DNA of 64,000 bases, taken from the NCBI GenBank assembly GCA_963666365.2, contig CAXXNF010000002.1, forward strand, positions 704,001 through 768,000, given 5' to 3'. The notes under the pieces were generated by a model, which worked only from the letters and a program-made list of their open reading frames with translations, was not told the origin of the DNA and ran no database searches. A program made the translations under genes and the position numbers. The first letter of the stretch is position 1; the number at the start of each line of letters is the position of its first letter. The DNA comes from Syntrophales bacterium (GTDB lineage: Bacteria > Desulfobacterota > Syntrophia > Syntrophales > UBA2210). Shown here in pieces: positions 9,720-18,459 of the stretch.

Positions 9720-11398
9720 ATTCAAAAGGACCTTTGTGGAAATCTATGGTGTTCGCGTCCTACGAGTATGTTTGCAATAAAAGGAGATTATTAAAATCAT
9801 TAGGATCTTCCCTTCATCGCTGTCTTCCGCTGTTGATCTTCCTCATTTGTGGTGTCTTTTCAGGGTGCCTGATCATCCCCACGCCTGAGCATGCACTACT
9901 GGAAGGTCGGGGAGAAATAGAAGAATCAGACACAGAGCTTCTTAGGAACGCTGAAACCACCCGTGAAGAGGTACTGTTAAGATTCGGCGAACCTGACTTA
10001 ATCCTGGATAACGGCCGCATTCTGGTCTACCACTGGGCGGTGAGTCATGGGTACTGGTTTATTGGCGCGTATTATGCCGCAGCAGGAGGCCCCATTCCCA
10101 AGGAGTACCTCTTCATACTTGAGTTTGACGACGAGGGATTTCTTAAAGGCTTCGAAAAAACGGGAAGTATCTGGAAATCAACCCAGGCCCGGATTGAAAA
10201 GTGGGCCCGGCCAGGCGCCGATAAACCGCCTGTGCAGGGACGAGACATTTTCATTATCGATCCAGTTCCCCAAGCCTATATCACGGTGGACAGAGCCAGC
10301 CATCCTCTCATCCCGGTTCGTTTTCGAATGGGTGAATTCCGTCATATTGGGACTGACTCCCCTTCGGATACCCTTATTGGCCACAAAAAAGCGGCCTTCG
10401 GGATAATCACAGCCGATGTACACGCTTGCCGTTCCGTCACTGATATCGTGCGAACAGCAATTACGGCCCAATTGGAAGCCGCAGGACACAAGCGCGATGA
10501 TCGAGACGCCGATATTATCGTAGAGGGGGATCTCACTGAGTTCGCGGCAGCCACGTCAATCAGCCTTTGGTCATGGGACGCTATCGGTTCAATTGATATA
10601 ACGGTAAGGATTTTTGCATCCTCGACTTCTCATGGTATTTTTATACGTCATTACAAAACAAAACAGGTTACAAAGACATTTCTCGGTCCCTCAAGGGAAG
10701 ACTTCGAGCGTGTTATCCGTCGATGTCTGGAAGACATACAAAAACAGATTGCCCTGGATGTTGAGTTGGCTGAAATACTCTACGGCAAAAGACGGAATTC
10801 TTTATTCGATAGGCCTCCATCTCCACCATTTATTAAATATCATGTTGCCGCCCTGTGTCACACCGGTGTATGCCTCTTCAAGTGCAATAAGAGATCCGTC
10901 AACCGCACGAAAAAAAGTAAACTTGGCGCTGACATCAATCGACTGGCCAGAAGGGTTCTCCTCAGGCGGCGGTGGAAAACTGCCGACGATTTCCAGTCCA
11001 CCTTTTTTGCATTCGTATGTGTGACTCCTGTACATCCATTTGCCTTGCACTTCCTTTTTGATCTTATGTCTCAGAAGTATCATGTCATGCAATCCAGCGC
11101 GAATCTCGATGACATTGTTGATAAGTTGCGTTACTTCGACCCAGCCGGACTCACACGCTGGTCTTGTAGTAGCGGTCTCGGTCTCGAGAGTTTTTATGTA
11201 CAGAGTCAGTGCGTTCCACACCGCGTGGTCGCTGTCTTTGAAAGCGCCTGCAAGGTGCCAGGGAAGAATTCGCCGGCCCAGTGGTGGCAGTGGTATCGCC
11301 GCTCCATAGGGTATGAAGAAAAACATCTCTCTGGGATGGCGGCCGGGCGGATACACCAGCGGTGCAGCCTCATCGCTCAGTGCCCGATACTTTCCTGA
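9716..11398 (+). CDS. Putative lipoprotein (SmpA/OmlA-like plus YajG-like domain); last ~200 aa overlap an opposite-strand gene and are probably non-native
   Basis: FSGC lipobox-like site; TTREEVLLRFGEP...LEFDDEG; ADIIVEGDLTEF segment. Confidence 0.55.
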   Translation: MNSKGPLWKSMVFASYEYVCNKRRLLKSLGSSLHRCLPLLIFLICGVFSGCLIIPTPEHALLEGRGEIEESDTELLRNAETTREEVLLRFGEPDLILDNGRILVYHWAVSHGYWFIGAYYAAAGGPIPKEYLFILEFDDEGFLKGFEKTGSIWKSTQARIEKWARPGADKPPVQGRDIFIIDPVPQAYITVDRASHPLIPVRFRMGEFRHIGTDSPSDTLIGHKKAAFGIITADVHACRSVTDIVRTAITAQLEAAGHKRDDRDADIIVEGDLTEFAAATSISLWSWDAIGSIDITVRIFASSTSHGIFIRHYKTKQVTKTFLGPSREDFERVIRRCLEDIQKQIALDVELAEILYGKRRNSLFDRPPSPPFIKYHVAALCHTGVCLFKCNKRSVNRTKKSKLGADINRLARRVLLRRRWKTADDFQSTFFAFVCVTPVHPFALHFLFDLMSQKYHVMQSSANLDDIVDKLRYFDPAGLTRWSCSSGLGLESFYVQSQCVPHRVVAVFESACKVPGKNSPAQWWQWYRRSIGYEEKHLSGMAAGRIHQRCSLIAQCPILS

Positions 11399-11533
11399 AA
11401 GATCGGGACACACACAGGCGGCATTCAGTGTCGGCCAATGAGCGGGGTAAATCGGGCGGCCGGAGACCCACGTACCAGCACAGCCAGATAGGCTTGCAAT
11501 GAGCGTGAGCCCAAGAAAAACAGAATAGCGCAT
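10802..11533 (-). CDS. Hypothetical lipoprotein
   Basis: MRYSVFLGLTLIASLSGC lipobox; CPDLSGKY segment; GGAGGGGG RBS upstream. Confidence 0.65.
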   Translation of the reverse strand: MRYSVFLGLTLIASLSGCAGTWVSGRPIYPAHWPTLNAACVCPDLSGKYRALSDEAAPLVYPPGRHPREMFFFIPYGAAIPLPPLGRRILPWHLAGAFKDSDHAVWNALTLYIKTLETETATTRPACESGWVEVTQLINNVIEIRAGLHDMILLRHKIKKEVQGKWMYRSHTYECKKGGLEIVGSFPPPPEENPSGQSIDVSAKFTFFRAVDGSLIALEEAYTGVTQGGNMIFNKWWRWRPIE

Positions 11534-11633
11534 GCACCTGCAGCCTTCACCATGCCCCCTCCCTGAATAGAAATAACGCAAAAATTGACAATCTCGCAAA
11601 AAGTCCATATGCTGCGCTCCGCTTCACGAGTAT

Positions 11634-12839
11634 TCACTCAAGGAGCAATCCCATCGTGTTGAATACTTTCAGGGCGGTATTTGCCATGAATGTATGCTGG
11701 GCTGCGTAGGAAGCACTCCAATTGCTTACGTCCCATATATTCATCAAAATCACATAGGCGATATCGATTTCCGGATTGTAGAACATAAGAGTTGTATAGC
11801 CTTCGTGGTCCCCGCCGTGCCCGTAGCCGAAGTTCGGAGTATATTTAATTCCCAGACCATAGGTACTGGATCCCCCCGAAGGAAGGCCAGATTTCATCAG
11901 TTCTATGGAATTCATGCTCAATGTCGTCCGGCCGGTCAGCAGAGCTTTCGCCCAGGTGGCAAGATCAAGAAGGGTCGTCACCATATTGCCGTTGCCTACA
12001 AAGGCGGACATATTGTCAACAGTGACATCGATACGCGTACTCCCATCCCACATATAGCCGTTTACAAAAGGAGCAGGCAAGGTCCGTTCTGTTCCTTGCC
12101 AGGGAAGACTGGTGTCCGAAAGGCCGTTTGGTATCAGGAATTCGTCGCGCACAAAGGACTCGTATGTTGCTCCGGAAACCCTCTCAATAATATACGCCAG
12201 CACGGTATAGCCCGTGTCCGAATATGAATATTTTGAACCGGGCGGTTCAAATCCAACCTGTTCATTTTTTTCAATGACGCTGAAAAGCTCGTCGAAGGTA
12301 AATTGATGCTCTTCGTCAGGCGGCTTCATGGTTTCTTCTATATAATTTTTGCCGACATAGGGCTCGTTATGAGACGCCGCATTATCCACAATATCGGTAT
12401 TCGTGAGATCAAAAATACCCGCCCGATGCATGAGAATCATCCTGATGGTAATTTCATCCCTGTGAGGGATGTTATGCGGAAGATAGGGGATGGCCGTACC
12501 GGGAATGTTGTCTGAGAGTGTGTGGTTTATATTGAGCTGCCCCCGTTCATGAAGCAGCATAATGGATGCAGCCGTGAAAGTCTTTGTAACGCTGGCGCAA
12601 CGGAATCGATGAAAATAATCCATATCGTTTCCCATGCCGGATGACATGAAATAATCACCCCATGGCGAGATGATGTACATGGCAATTCCACCTTTAAAGT
12701 TAATTTTATCGGATGTATAGGCCTGCCATTCCTGGTCCAGGACATGCTGGAGATTCGCCTGGGTACAACAGGGAGATAAAGAAGATTCCGACGTGCATGC
12801 GCTCATCAGAAACAACAGCAGCAACACAATCTTTCTCAT
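11634..12839 (-). CDS. Serine hydrolase lipoprotein (beta-lactamase / D-Ala-D-Ala peptidase-like, S12)
   Basis: SVTK (SxxK), YSD (YxN-like), GHGG; lipobox MSAC. Confidence 0.88.
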   Translation of the reverse strand: MRKIVLLLLFLMSACTSESSLSPCCTQANLQHVLDQEWQAYTSDKINFKGGIAMYIISPWGDYFMSSGMGNDMDYFHRFRCASVTKTFTAASIMLLHERGQLNINHTLSDNIPGTAIPYLPHNIPHRDEITIRMILMHRAGIFDLTNTDIVDNAASHNEPYVGKNYIEETMKPPDEEHQFTFDELFSVIEKNEQVGFEPPGSKYSYSDTGYTVLAYIIERVSGATYESFVRDEFLIPNGLSDTSLPWQGTERTLPAPFVNGYMWDGSTRIDVTVDNMSAFVGNGNMVTTLLDLATWAKALLTGRTTLSMNSIELMKSGLPSGGSSTYGLGIKYTPNFGYGHGGDHEGYTTLMFYNPEIDIAYVILMNIWDVSNWSASYAAQHTFMANTALKVFNTMGLLLE

Positions 12840-12945
12840 AGTTTCCTTCCCAGTCCTTCATCAAGTTATAGAAGTTTTTGTAGCCATATTCGATCATTCG
12901 GTCAATATAAAGTATTACTCATCCTTCGAATTCCGTAGAAAAGAA

Positions 12946-12974
12946 TTGACAAACTTTTACCGCTTCACTATTTT
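12946..12974 (+). promoter_or_regulatory. sigma70 promoter for dodecin
   Basis: TTGACA-N17-TATTTT. Confidence 0.5.
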
Positions 12975-13035
12975 TAACACTACATGCTTTGAGTTCTCAC
13001 CATTTTTTCGAATCTATAAACAAAGGAGGGACACC

Positions 13036-13245
13036 ATGCCTGAAAGTGCGTACAAGATTATAGAGTTGGTAGGTACGAGTGCCTCGTCATGGGAGGATGC
13101 AGCAAGAAATGCCGTGGAGAAAGCCGGCAGCACCCTTCACGATCTGAGGATTGCCGAAGTGGGCAAACTGGATATGACTATCGAAGATGGAATGGTAAAA
13201 TACTACAGAGCGCGGGTTAAGGTTTCGTTTCGACTTGAAGATTAG
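13036..13245 (+). CDS. Dodecin family protein
   Basis: YKIIELVGTSASSWEDAARNAV...YRARVKVSF; AGGAGG RBS. Confidence 0.93.
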   Translation: MPESAYKIIELVGTSASSWEDAARNAVEKAGSTLHDLRIAEVGKLDMTIEDGMVKYYRARVKVSFRLED

Positions 13246-13478
13246 CCCTTTTGAAAGGGGCTTGGGGTGAAAGTCACGGAACGTTCCATTGGGTTAGCGG
13301 TTGCCTGATTATCCCGTTTCATTGGAGGCAGGCTCGCGCTTTTCGCAGATTTCGTGAAGCCCAGAAGTCACCCTGCATTTTCGGAGAGAGGGGTTGCGTG
13401 TGGCGTCGGTGGTGCGATAGGACTCTCGCAAATGAAAGAGAGCATAGCCACAAAGATCCTCCGTCACTTTTTGTGCGG

Positions 13479-13946
13479 CTATTCCTTCGGAAGCGGAATA
13501 ATGTAGACGGGTTTCTCTGATCGTCTCAGGACCCGTTTCGCAACATTCCCCAGATAGGCGTGGGTCCACATGCCCGCCCCGTGATTCCCCATGATGATCA
13601 CATCACAGTCCTCCTCTTTCGCGACTCTAAGGATCACTTCGACAGGGTTCCCTTCTTCAACCTTGACCTTCTTGATCATCTTCATACACTCCGGCCTGTC
13701 CCTGAGTTCATTTTCACAAAACTCGTCAAGGCGCCGACTCAACTCCCCGAGTGTTTCCCTTTTCATCGGCGCCACATCTCTTTTGACACCATAGATGCGA
13801 AGGCGTGGAGGCATCTCATCAATCACATGCAGAACGATCATTTCGGCATCATGTTTTTCCACGGTGTTCACGGCATATCGAAAAGCAAACATTGCGTTTT
13901 TTGAGAGATCTGTCGCGTAAAGAACCCTTTTGATCCGAGGTATCAT
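13479..13946 (-). CDS. Universal stress protein (UspA family)
   Basis: VLYATDLS, LHVI, IIMGNHG...LGNVAKRVLR. Confidence 0.93.
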   Translation of the reverse strand: MIPRIKRVLYATDLSKNAMFAFRYAVNTVEKHDAEMIVLHVIDEMPPRLRIYGVKRDVAPMKRETLGELSRRLDEFCENELRDRPECMKMIKKVKVEEGNPVEVILRVAKEEDCDVIIMGNHGAGMWTHAYLGNVAKRVLRRSEKPVYIIPLPKE

Positions 13947-14066
13947 GATGTTTCCCCCTTTTTGAGATATTTCGTGTGATATCGATGTGTATTATGGCCC
14001 GATTCAGTCCCGTAACGCAATAATAATCGTCACTCGTCAAAGGGGCGGCATCATTTTTAATTGTCA

Positions 14067-14834
14067 CTATTCGTGTGTTTCTTTCACCGGGATAACCAGA
14101 GAGTGCCCGTTATGACGGTATATTTCCACGGCAACGTCATATACCGCTCCGACCGTTTCAGCTGAAAGCTCCTCGGGGCGGCCCACATCAAAAATCCGTC
14201 CTTCTTTTAAAAATATATATTTATCAGCGAAGCGCAAGGCCATGTTCAAATTATGCATTGTCATCACCGCGGCAAGACCGTGATCCCGGACAGCATGGCG
14301 CAGTAATCGAAGAATTTCCAGCTGATTTTTCAGATCAAGATTGCTCGTCGGTTCGTCCAGAAGCAACAGCTTTGGTTCCTGCACCATGGCACGGCCGATT
14401 GCCACCTTTTGAAGTTCACCACCACTCATCTGATCGATATATCGCATGGCCAGCTCCTGAAGACCGAGGCTCTTGATAGCACCATCCACTATTCGAAGAT
14501 CCTCATCGGAAATTCTCCACTGGACATGAGGCTTTCGCCCCATGAGAATAGCATCAAAGGCGGTGAGTCTCCCCGCCGACTGCTGTTGCGGCACGTATCC
14601 CACACGTCGGGCTATCTGTTGCGGCGTCAGTCCCACCACATCATGGCCATCCACCCATACCGTACCCTTATGAGGCTTGAGAATGCTATTAATACACCGC
14701 AGCAGCGTCGTCTTTCCCACACCATTCGGACCGAGAATAACCATCAGCTCTCCTGGATTCGCTGAAAATCGGATATCATTAAGCACTGTACGGCTTCCAT
14801 ACCCGAAGCCTACGTTGTTTACCTGCAGAATCAT
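14067..14834 (-). CDS. Metal-chelate (Fe/Co/Ni) ABC transporter ATP-binding protein
   Basis: GPNGVGKT, MSGGELQK, LLDEPTSNLD. Confidence 0.9.
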   Translation of the reverse strand: MILQVNNVGFGYGSRTVLNDIRFSANPGELMVILGPNGVGKTTLLRCINSILKPHKGTVWVDGHDVVGLTPQQIARRVGYVPQQQSAGRLTAFDAILMGRKPHVQWRISDEDLRIVDGAIKSLGLQELAMRYIDQMSGGELQKVAIGRAMVQEPKLLLLDEPTSNLDLKNQLEILRLLRHAVRDHGLAAVMTMHNLNMALRFADKYIFLKEGRIFDVGRPEELSAETVGAVYDVAVEIYRHNGHSLVIPVKETHE

Positions 14835-15910
14835 CTTCGGTATCCTCGTATAAGCAGATACAAAAAAGCCGGCGCACCCATGAAGGCCGTAAGTATCGAC
14901 ACGGGAAGCAGATGGGGAGCCAGAATCAGTCGCGCAACGGTATCGGAAATCAACAGCAGGCATCCGCCGACAATGACGGTAGCCGGCAGCAGGAAGCGGT
15001 GGTCTCCCCCGATAAGCCGTCGCACCATGTGGGGACAGACAAGGCCGATAAACCCGATAATTCCCAAAAAGGACACAATTGTCGCCGTAATCAGTGAAGC
15101 GACCAGCATTCCCAAAAGACGGACCCGTTCTACCCTCACCCCAAGCCCCTGGGCAGCTTCGTCTCCCGCATCGACCGCATTATAGTTCCAGCTGTTGATA
15201 AAAAAGTACACCACCGACAGGACCGTCACACCGCTGAACAACGCCAGCTCCGACCAGTTGGCCCGACCGACGTCGCCGAACGTCCAGAAAACCATGGCGG
15301 CAAGCTGCACATCATCGGCAAAGAACTGCAAAAACATCGTGCCGGCGGTAAATAAGGCGCCCAGTGCTACACCCGTCAAAATCATGGTTTCCGGAGAGGC
15401 GCCTCGCATTCTGGAAATTGCAATGATCACCGCCGCCGCCGCCAGGCAACACACAAAAGCCGTTGCCGTCGTAAGAATGGGCTGTGATATGGTAACCGCT
15501 CCCACCTGGGTACTGGCCATAACCCCTGTATTGAAGACCATCACTGCCAGTGCGGCCCCGAAGGCGGCAGCCTGGGAAATTCCCAGCGTGAAGGGGGAGC
15601 CGAGAGGATTGCGTAAAATAGACTGCATGACCGCTCCGGATATCGCCAGCCCGGCACCGGCGGCCACCGCAGACAGCGCCTGGGGAAGTCGAATGTTCCA
15701 GATAATAATATCATACCGCCTGTCCCCACCGATGCCGAGCAGGGATCGGACCACGTCTTTCAAGGGAATATTGGCGGCGCCCAGAGCGATACTCACCAGA
15801 ACAGCGGCACCGAGAATAAAAAGACATATCACGATAAAGGCGTATTTACGTCCGATATACCGGGTATAGTGAAGGGGGATTTCTCCTTGGGCGAAATGCA
15901 CGTTGTTCAC
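14831..15910 (-). CDS. FecCD/BtuC family ABC permease
   Basis: IRLP, RNPLGSP, GIIGFIGLVCPH. Confidence 0.93.
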   Translation of the reverse strand: MNNVHFAQGEIPLHYTRYIGRKYAFIVICLFILGAAVLVSIALGAANIPLKDVVRSLLGIGGDRRYDIIIWNIRLPQALSAVAAGAGLAISGAVMQSILRNPLGSPFTLGISQAAAFGAALAVMVFNTGVMASTQVGAVTISQPILTTATAFVCCLAAAAVIIAISRMRGASPETMILTGVALGALFTAGTMFLQFFADDVQLAAMVFWTFGDVGRANWSELALFSGVTVLSVVYFFINSWNYNAVDAGDEAAQGLGVRVERVRLLGMLVASLITATIVSFLGIIGFIGLVCPHMVRRLIGGDHRFLLPATVIVGGCLLLISDTVARLILAPHLLPVSILTAFMGAPAFLYLLIRGYRR

Positions 15911-15911
15911 C

Positions 15912-17027
15912 TTACCTGATCGGAATCCGGCGGAAGGCCAGATTGGCGAAAGAACGATTCATATCGGTAAATATCGGCTTACCCACAAGGAATGTATAGA
16001 TCTCGTCGGCGGTCCTGTCGGGATCGATATCGGTAAAGGATTCCGGATAGAGCTTTTTTCCGATAAAATAGGCATTGGCCAGAATGGATCCGAAATTCCG
16101 AGTGTACCAGTTGTAGGGAAGCAGTCCGTAAACCTCACCGCTGCGAACTGCGCTCAGCGTCCGGTAGGCCGGATCGGTGTTCAGTTCAAAGAGCCCGCCC
16201 GCAGCGTTTCCCATCTGCAGCGTCGAAAGATCAAGAAAAAGAATTTTCGGATCCCATTGTATAATTTTTTCCTTGGCCACGTTGCTCTGCCGGATCGTCT
16301 TGCCGGCAGGCAGATCTCCGGCGGCTAGGTTTTTCGCGCCCACAAAGACAAAGGGCGGATAGCCGGGCTCGGTTGATTGGAACCCGTGAGGTCCCTTGAA
16401 GGCGATTCCCCCCACAAAGCAGCTCGGCCGTTTTTCAAAAGGGATAGGATCGGTCCTACGCTGAAGATCGGCGATCCTCTCCTCGAAAAACGAAATGACT
16501 TCCTCGGCCCGATGCCGTCTATTGACAATATCACCGATGAGACGCAATGAATTATACAGCACCGTCCTGTTGCGGGCCAGTTCGCCGTAGTGAATAACAA
16601 CTACCGGTATCCCAGTCTTGTCCTGCAGTTCCACCGGGTCATGCCCCATACCCGGATACGTTTTCAGAATGATCTGGGGCAGCGGGTTGAGGGCAAGAAT
16701 CAACTCCGGGTTATCATACCCTCTGAATTCACCGAAGATCGGATAATTTTTGAACTGCGGATTCGCCAGGGCATAGGGTCGGGCATCGAAGAGCGGCCTC
16801 TGTTTCTCCATGTCATCAACTGCAACGATCATCTCCTCTGCCTGAAGGTAGGTTAAAAGCCTCAGGGAACCGGGACCCGAACAGATCACGCGCGTGACTG
16901 CCTCGGGTATCGATACACTTCTCCCGGCGCCGTCGGTAATAGTGCGGTCGACGGCAGCCACACTTGTTGCGAACGCCAGAATCAAAAATCCGCTCATTAA
17001 ATACCGCATCGAAAACAAAATCTTCAT
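15912..17027 (-). CDS. Periplasmic metal-chelate binding protein (FecB/BtuF fold)
   Basis: Signal peptide; ITDGAGRSVSIP, LSAVRSGEVY; in operon with FecCD. Confidence 0.88.
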   Translation of the reverse strand: MKILFSMRYLMSGFLILAFATSVAAVDRTITDGAGRSVSIPEAVTRVICSGPGSLRLLTYLQAEEMIVAVDDMEKQRPLFDARPYALANPQFKNYPIFGEFRGYDNPELILALNPLPQIILKTYPGMGHDPVELQDKTGIPVVVIHYGELARNRTVLYNSLRLIGDIVNRRHRAEEVISFFEERIADLQRRTDPIPFEKRPSCFVGGIAFKGPHGFQSTEPGYPPFVFVGAKNLAAGDLPAGKTIRQSNVAKEKIIQWDPKILFLDLSTLQMGNAAGGLFELNTDPAYRTLSAVRSGEVYGLLPYNWYTRNFGSILANAYFIGKKLYPESFTDIDPDRTADEIYTFLVGKPIFTDMNRSFANLAFRRIPIR

Positions 17028-17094
17028 TTCCCCTCTCCAATTCTTATATGTGCCCATATCTTTAAAAACCCGAAGGCAATGCCGAGACAACCTA

Positions 17095-17119
17095 TAGCAC
17101 AGTTTCTACAATCGTGCTA
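17095..17119. promoter_or_regulatory. Inverted-repeat operator, candidate NikR-type site
   Basis: Perfect TAGCAC-N13-GTGCTA about 70 nt upstream of the ABC operon. Confidence 0.5.
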
Positions 17120-17356
17120 CCTGTCAGCAAAAAATAATAGTACATTCAGTTGATGCGGACGTGAACACCTCTCAGCCCGGCACCACCTCATGCCCCTGAA
17201 TCGGAAACCACATGGCTGTGCATCACCTGCTTAAAAGGCTTGACATACCACCATCATGGGGGGTAGCTGAAAAGTATGCGTCAAGAGAAGTTAACAGCGT
17301 GTGCGCAAATCGCTTCGAGCACACACCATCCATATCAGTTTCAAGGAGACAACGGC

Positions 17357-17848
17357 ATGGGTATCGCTGAAGAGATTGAAAAACTTAATAGCCTCAGGAA
17401 AAATGGGGTGATTGCCGAGCATGAGTATGAAGAAGCAAAGGCATCCCTTCTGGCCAAAAATCGGTCGGCGGGACAGAGATTCAAGCAGTCGCTAGATGGC
17501 TTTGCGGACACGAACATGTGGGGAATGTTTATACATTTATCTCAATTCTGCGGATATCTTATTCCTTTTGCGGGACTGATCGTCCCGGTTCTGTTGTGGC
17601 AAATCAAGAAAAACGATGACGACATTATCGATCAGCATGGTCGTATTGTCGTCAACTGGATTATCACCGCGTTTATATTGGGTCTGATTTTCGCACTGCT
17701 ATGCTTTGTTTTGATCGGATTTCCCCTCCTCTTCGCCCTTGCCGCAGTTGCCGTTATTTTCCCCATAATTGGAGGGATAAAGGCAAACAACGGCGAAGTC
17801 TGGAGATATCCCTGCTCCATAAACTTTCTAAAAATAGAGCGACACTGA
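17357..17848 (+). CDS. SHOCT plus DUF4870 membrane protein
   Basis: EIEKLNSLRKNGVIAEHEYEEAKASLL; WGMFIHLSQ...KANNGEVWRYP. Confidence 0.85.
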   Translation: MGIAEEIEKLNSLRKNGVIAEHEYEEAKASLLAKNRSAGQRFKQSLDGFADTNMWGMFIHLSQFCGYLIPFAGLIVPVLLWQIKKNDDDIIDQHGRIVVNWIITAFILGLIFALLCFVLIGFPLLFALAAVAVIFPIIGGIKANNGEVWRYPCSINFLKIERH

Positions 17849-17991
17849 GGGCGAACCGCTCTCACGCGCAAAGAGGCATGAGACAGTCCTTCAAGAGTGG
17901 GGAATAAAACTCTTGAGTCATTTACGTGAGTACAGAACCGTGCCCAATCCCTGAAATCATCGATTTTATAAATCAGGATTCCCCTGTGTGC

Positions 17992-18372
17992 TCAGGATTT
18001 GCTTTTCCATAATCCATGCACGTTACAGTAGGCACGCACCTTTATCGGCGTATCGGCAACAGGAAACTCCGCTTCCGGTTTCTGTCCCGGTTTCAACCCT
18101 TTGACAAAAAGATAGTCTCCTGCAATTACCTCGATCCACTGGATATAGTGGTTCTCTTCCATTGGATGAGCCTTTGATCCAACACTTACGCGGATCCCTT
18201 TGCCTGTTTTTTCGATAACCGGCACATGCTTTTCCTTTGCGGCATCTTCTGATTTTTCAGTTTGCAGCACCATCTGCTGCCCACAGCAAGCAAGCTCGCC
18301 GCCCGACGGGCTTACAACCATCGTGATATTTCCACATTTCTCACACCTATACACCTCAAGCATCTTCGTCAT
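17992..18372 (-). CDS. dfx: Desulfoferrodoxin (2Fe superoxide reductase)
   Basis: CxxC...CC desulforedoxin centre; EKHVP, HPMEENHYIQWI, CNVHG. Confidence 0.95.
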   Translation of the reverse strand: MTKMLEVYRCEKCGNITMVVSPSGGELACCGQQMVLQTEKSEDAAKEKHVPVIEKTGKGIRVSVGSKAHPMEENHYIQWIEVIAGDYLFVKGLKPGQKPEAEFPVADTPIKVRAYCNVHGLWKSKS

Positions 18373-18459
18373 GTAACATCCCCTCCTTTTTTTTATATGC
18401 TACTATGGCGCCTGTCAATCAACAGCTTTATTACAGACATGTTTAGGAAACGATGATCC

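Noticed and set aside
13246..13478. Possible ncRNA or REP between dodecin and usp
   Set aside because: Only a terminator-like hairpin and weak REP-like words; no coherent structure could be supported.
17030..17270. Cobalamin riboswitch upstream of the FecCD/BtuC-type operon
   Set aside because: No B12-box or GGGAA/GCCACTG core elements recognised by eye; an Infernal search would settle it.
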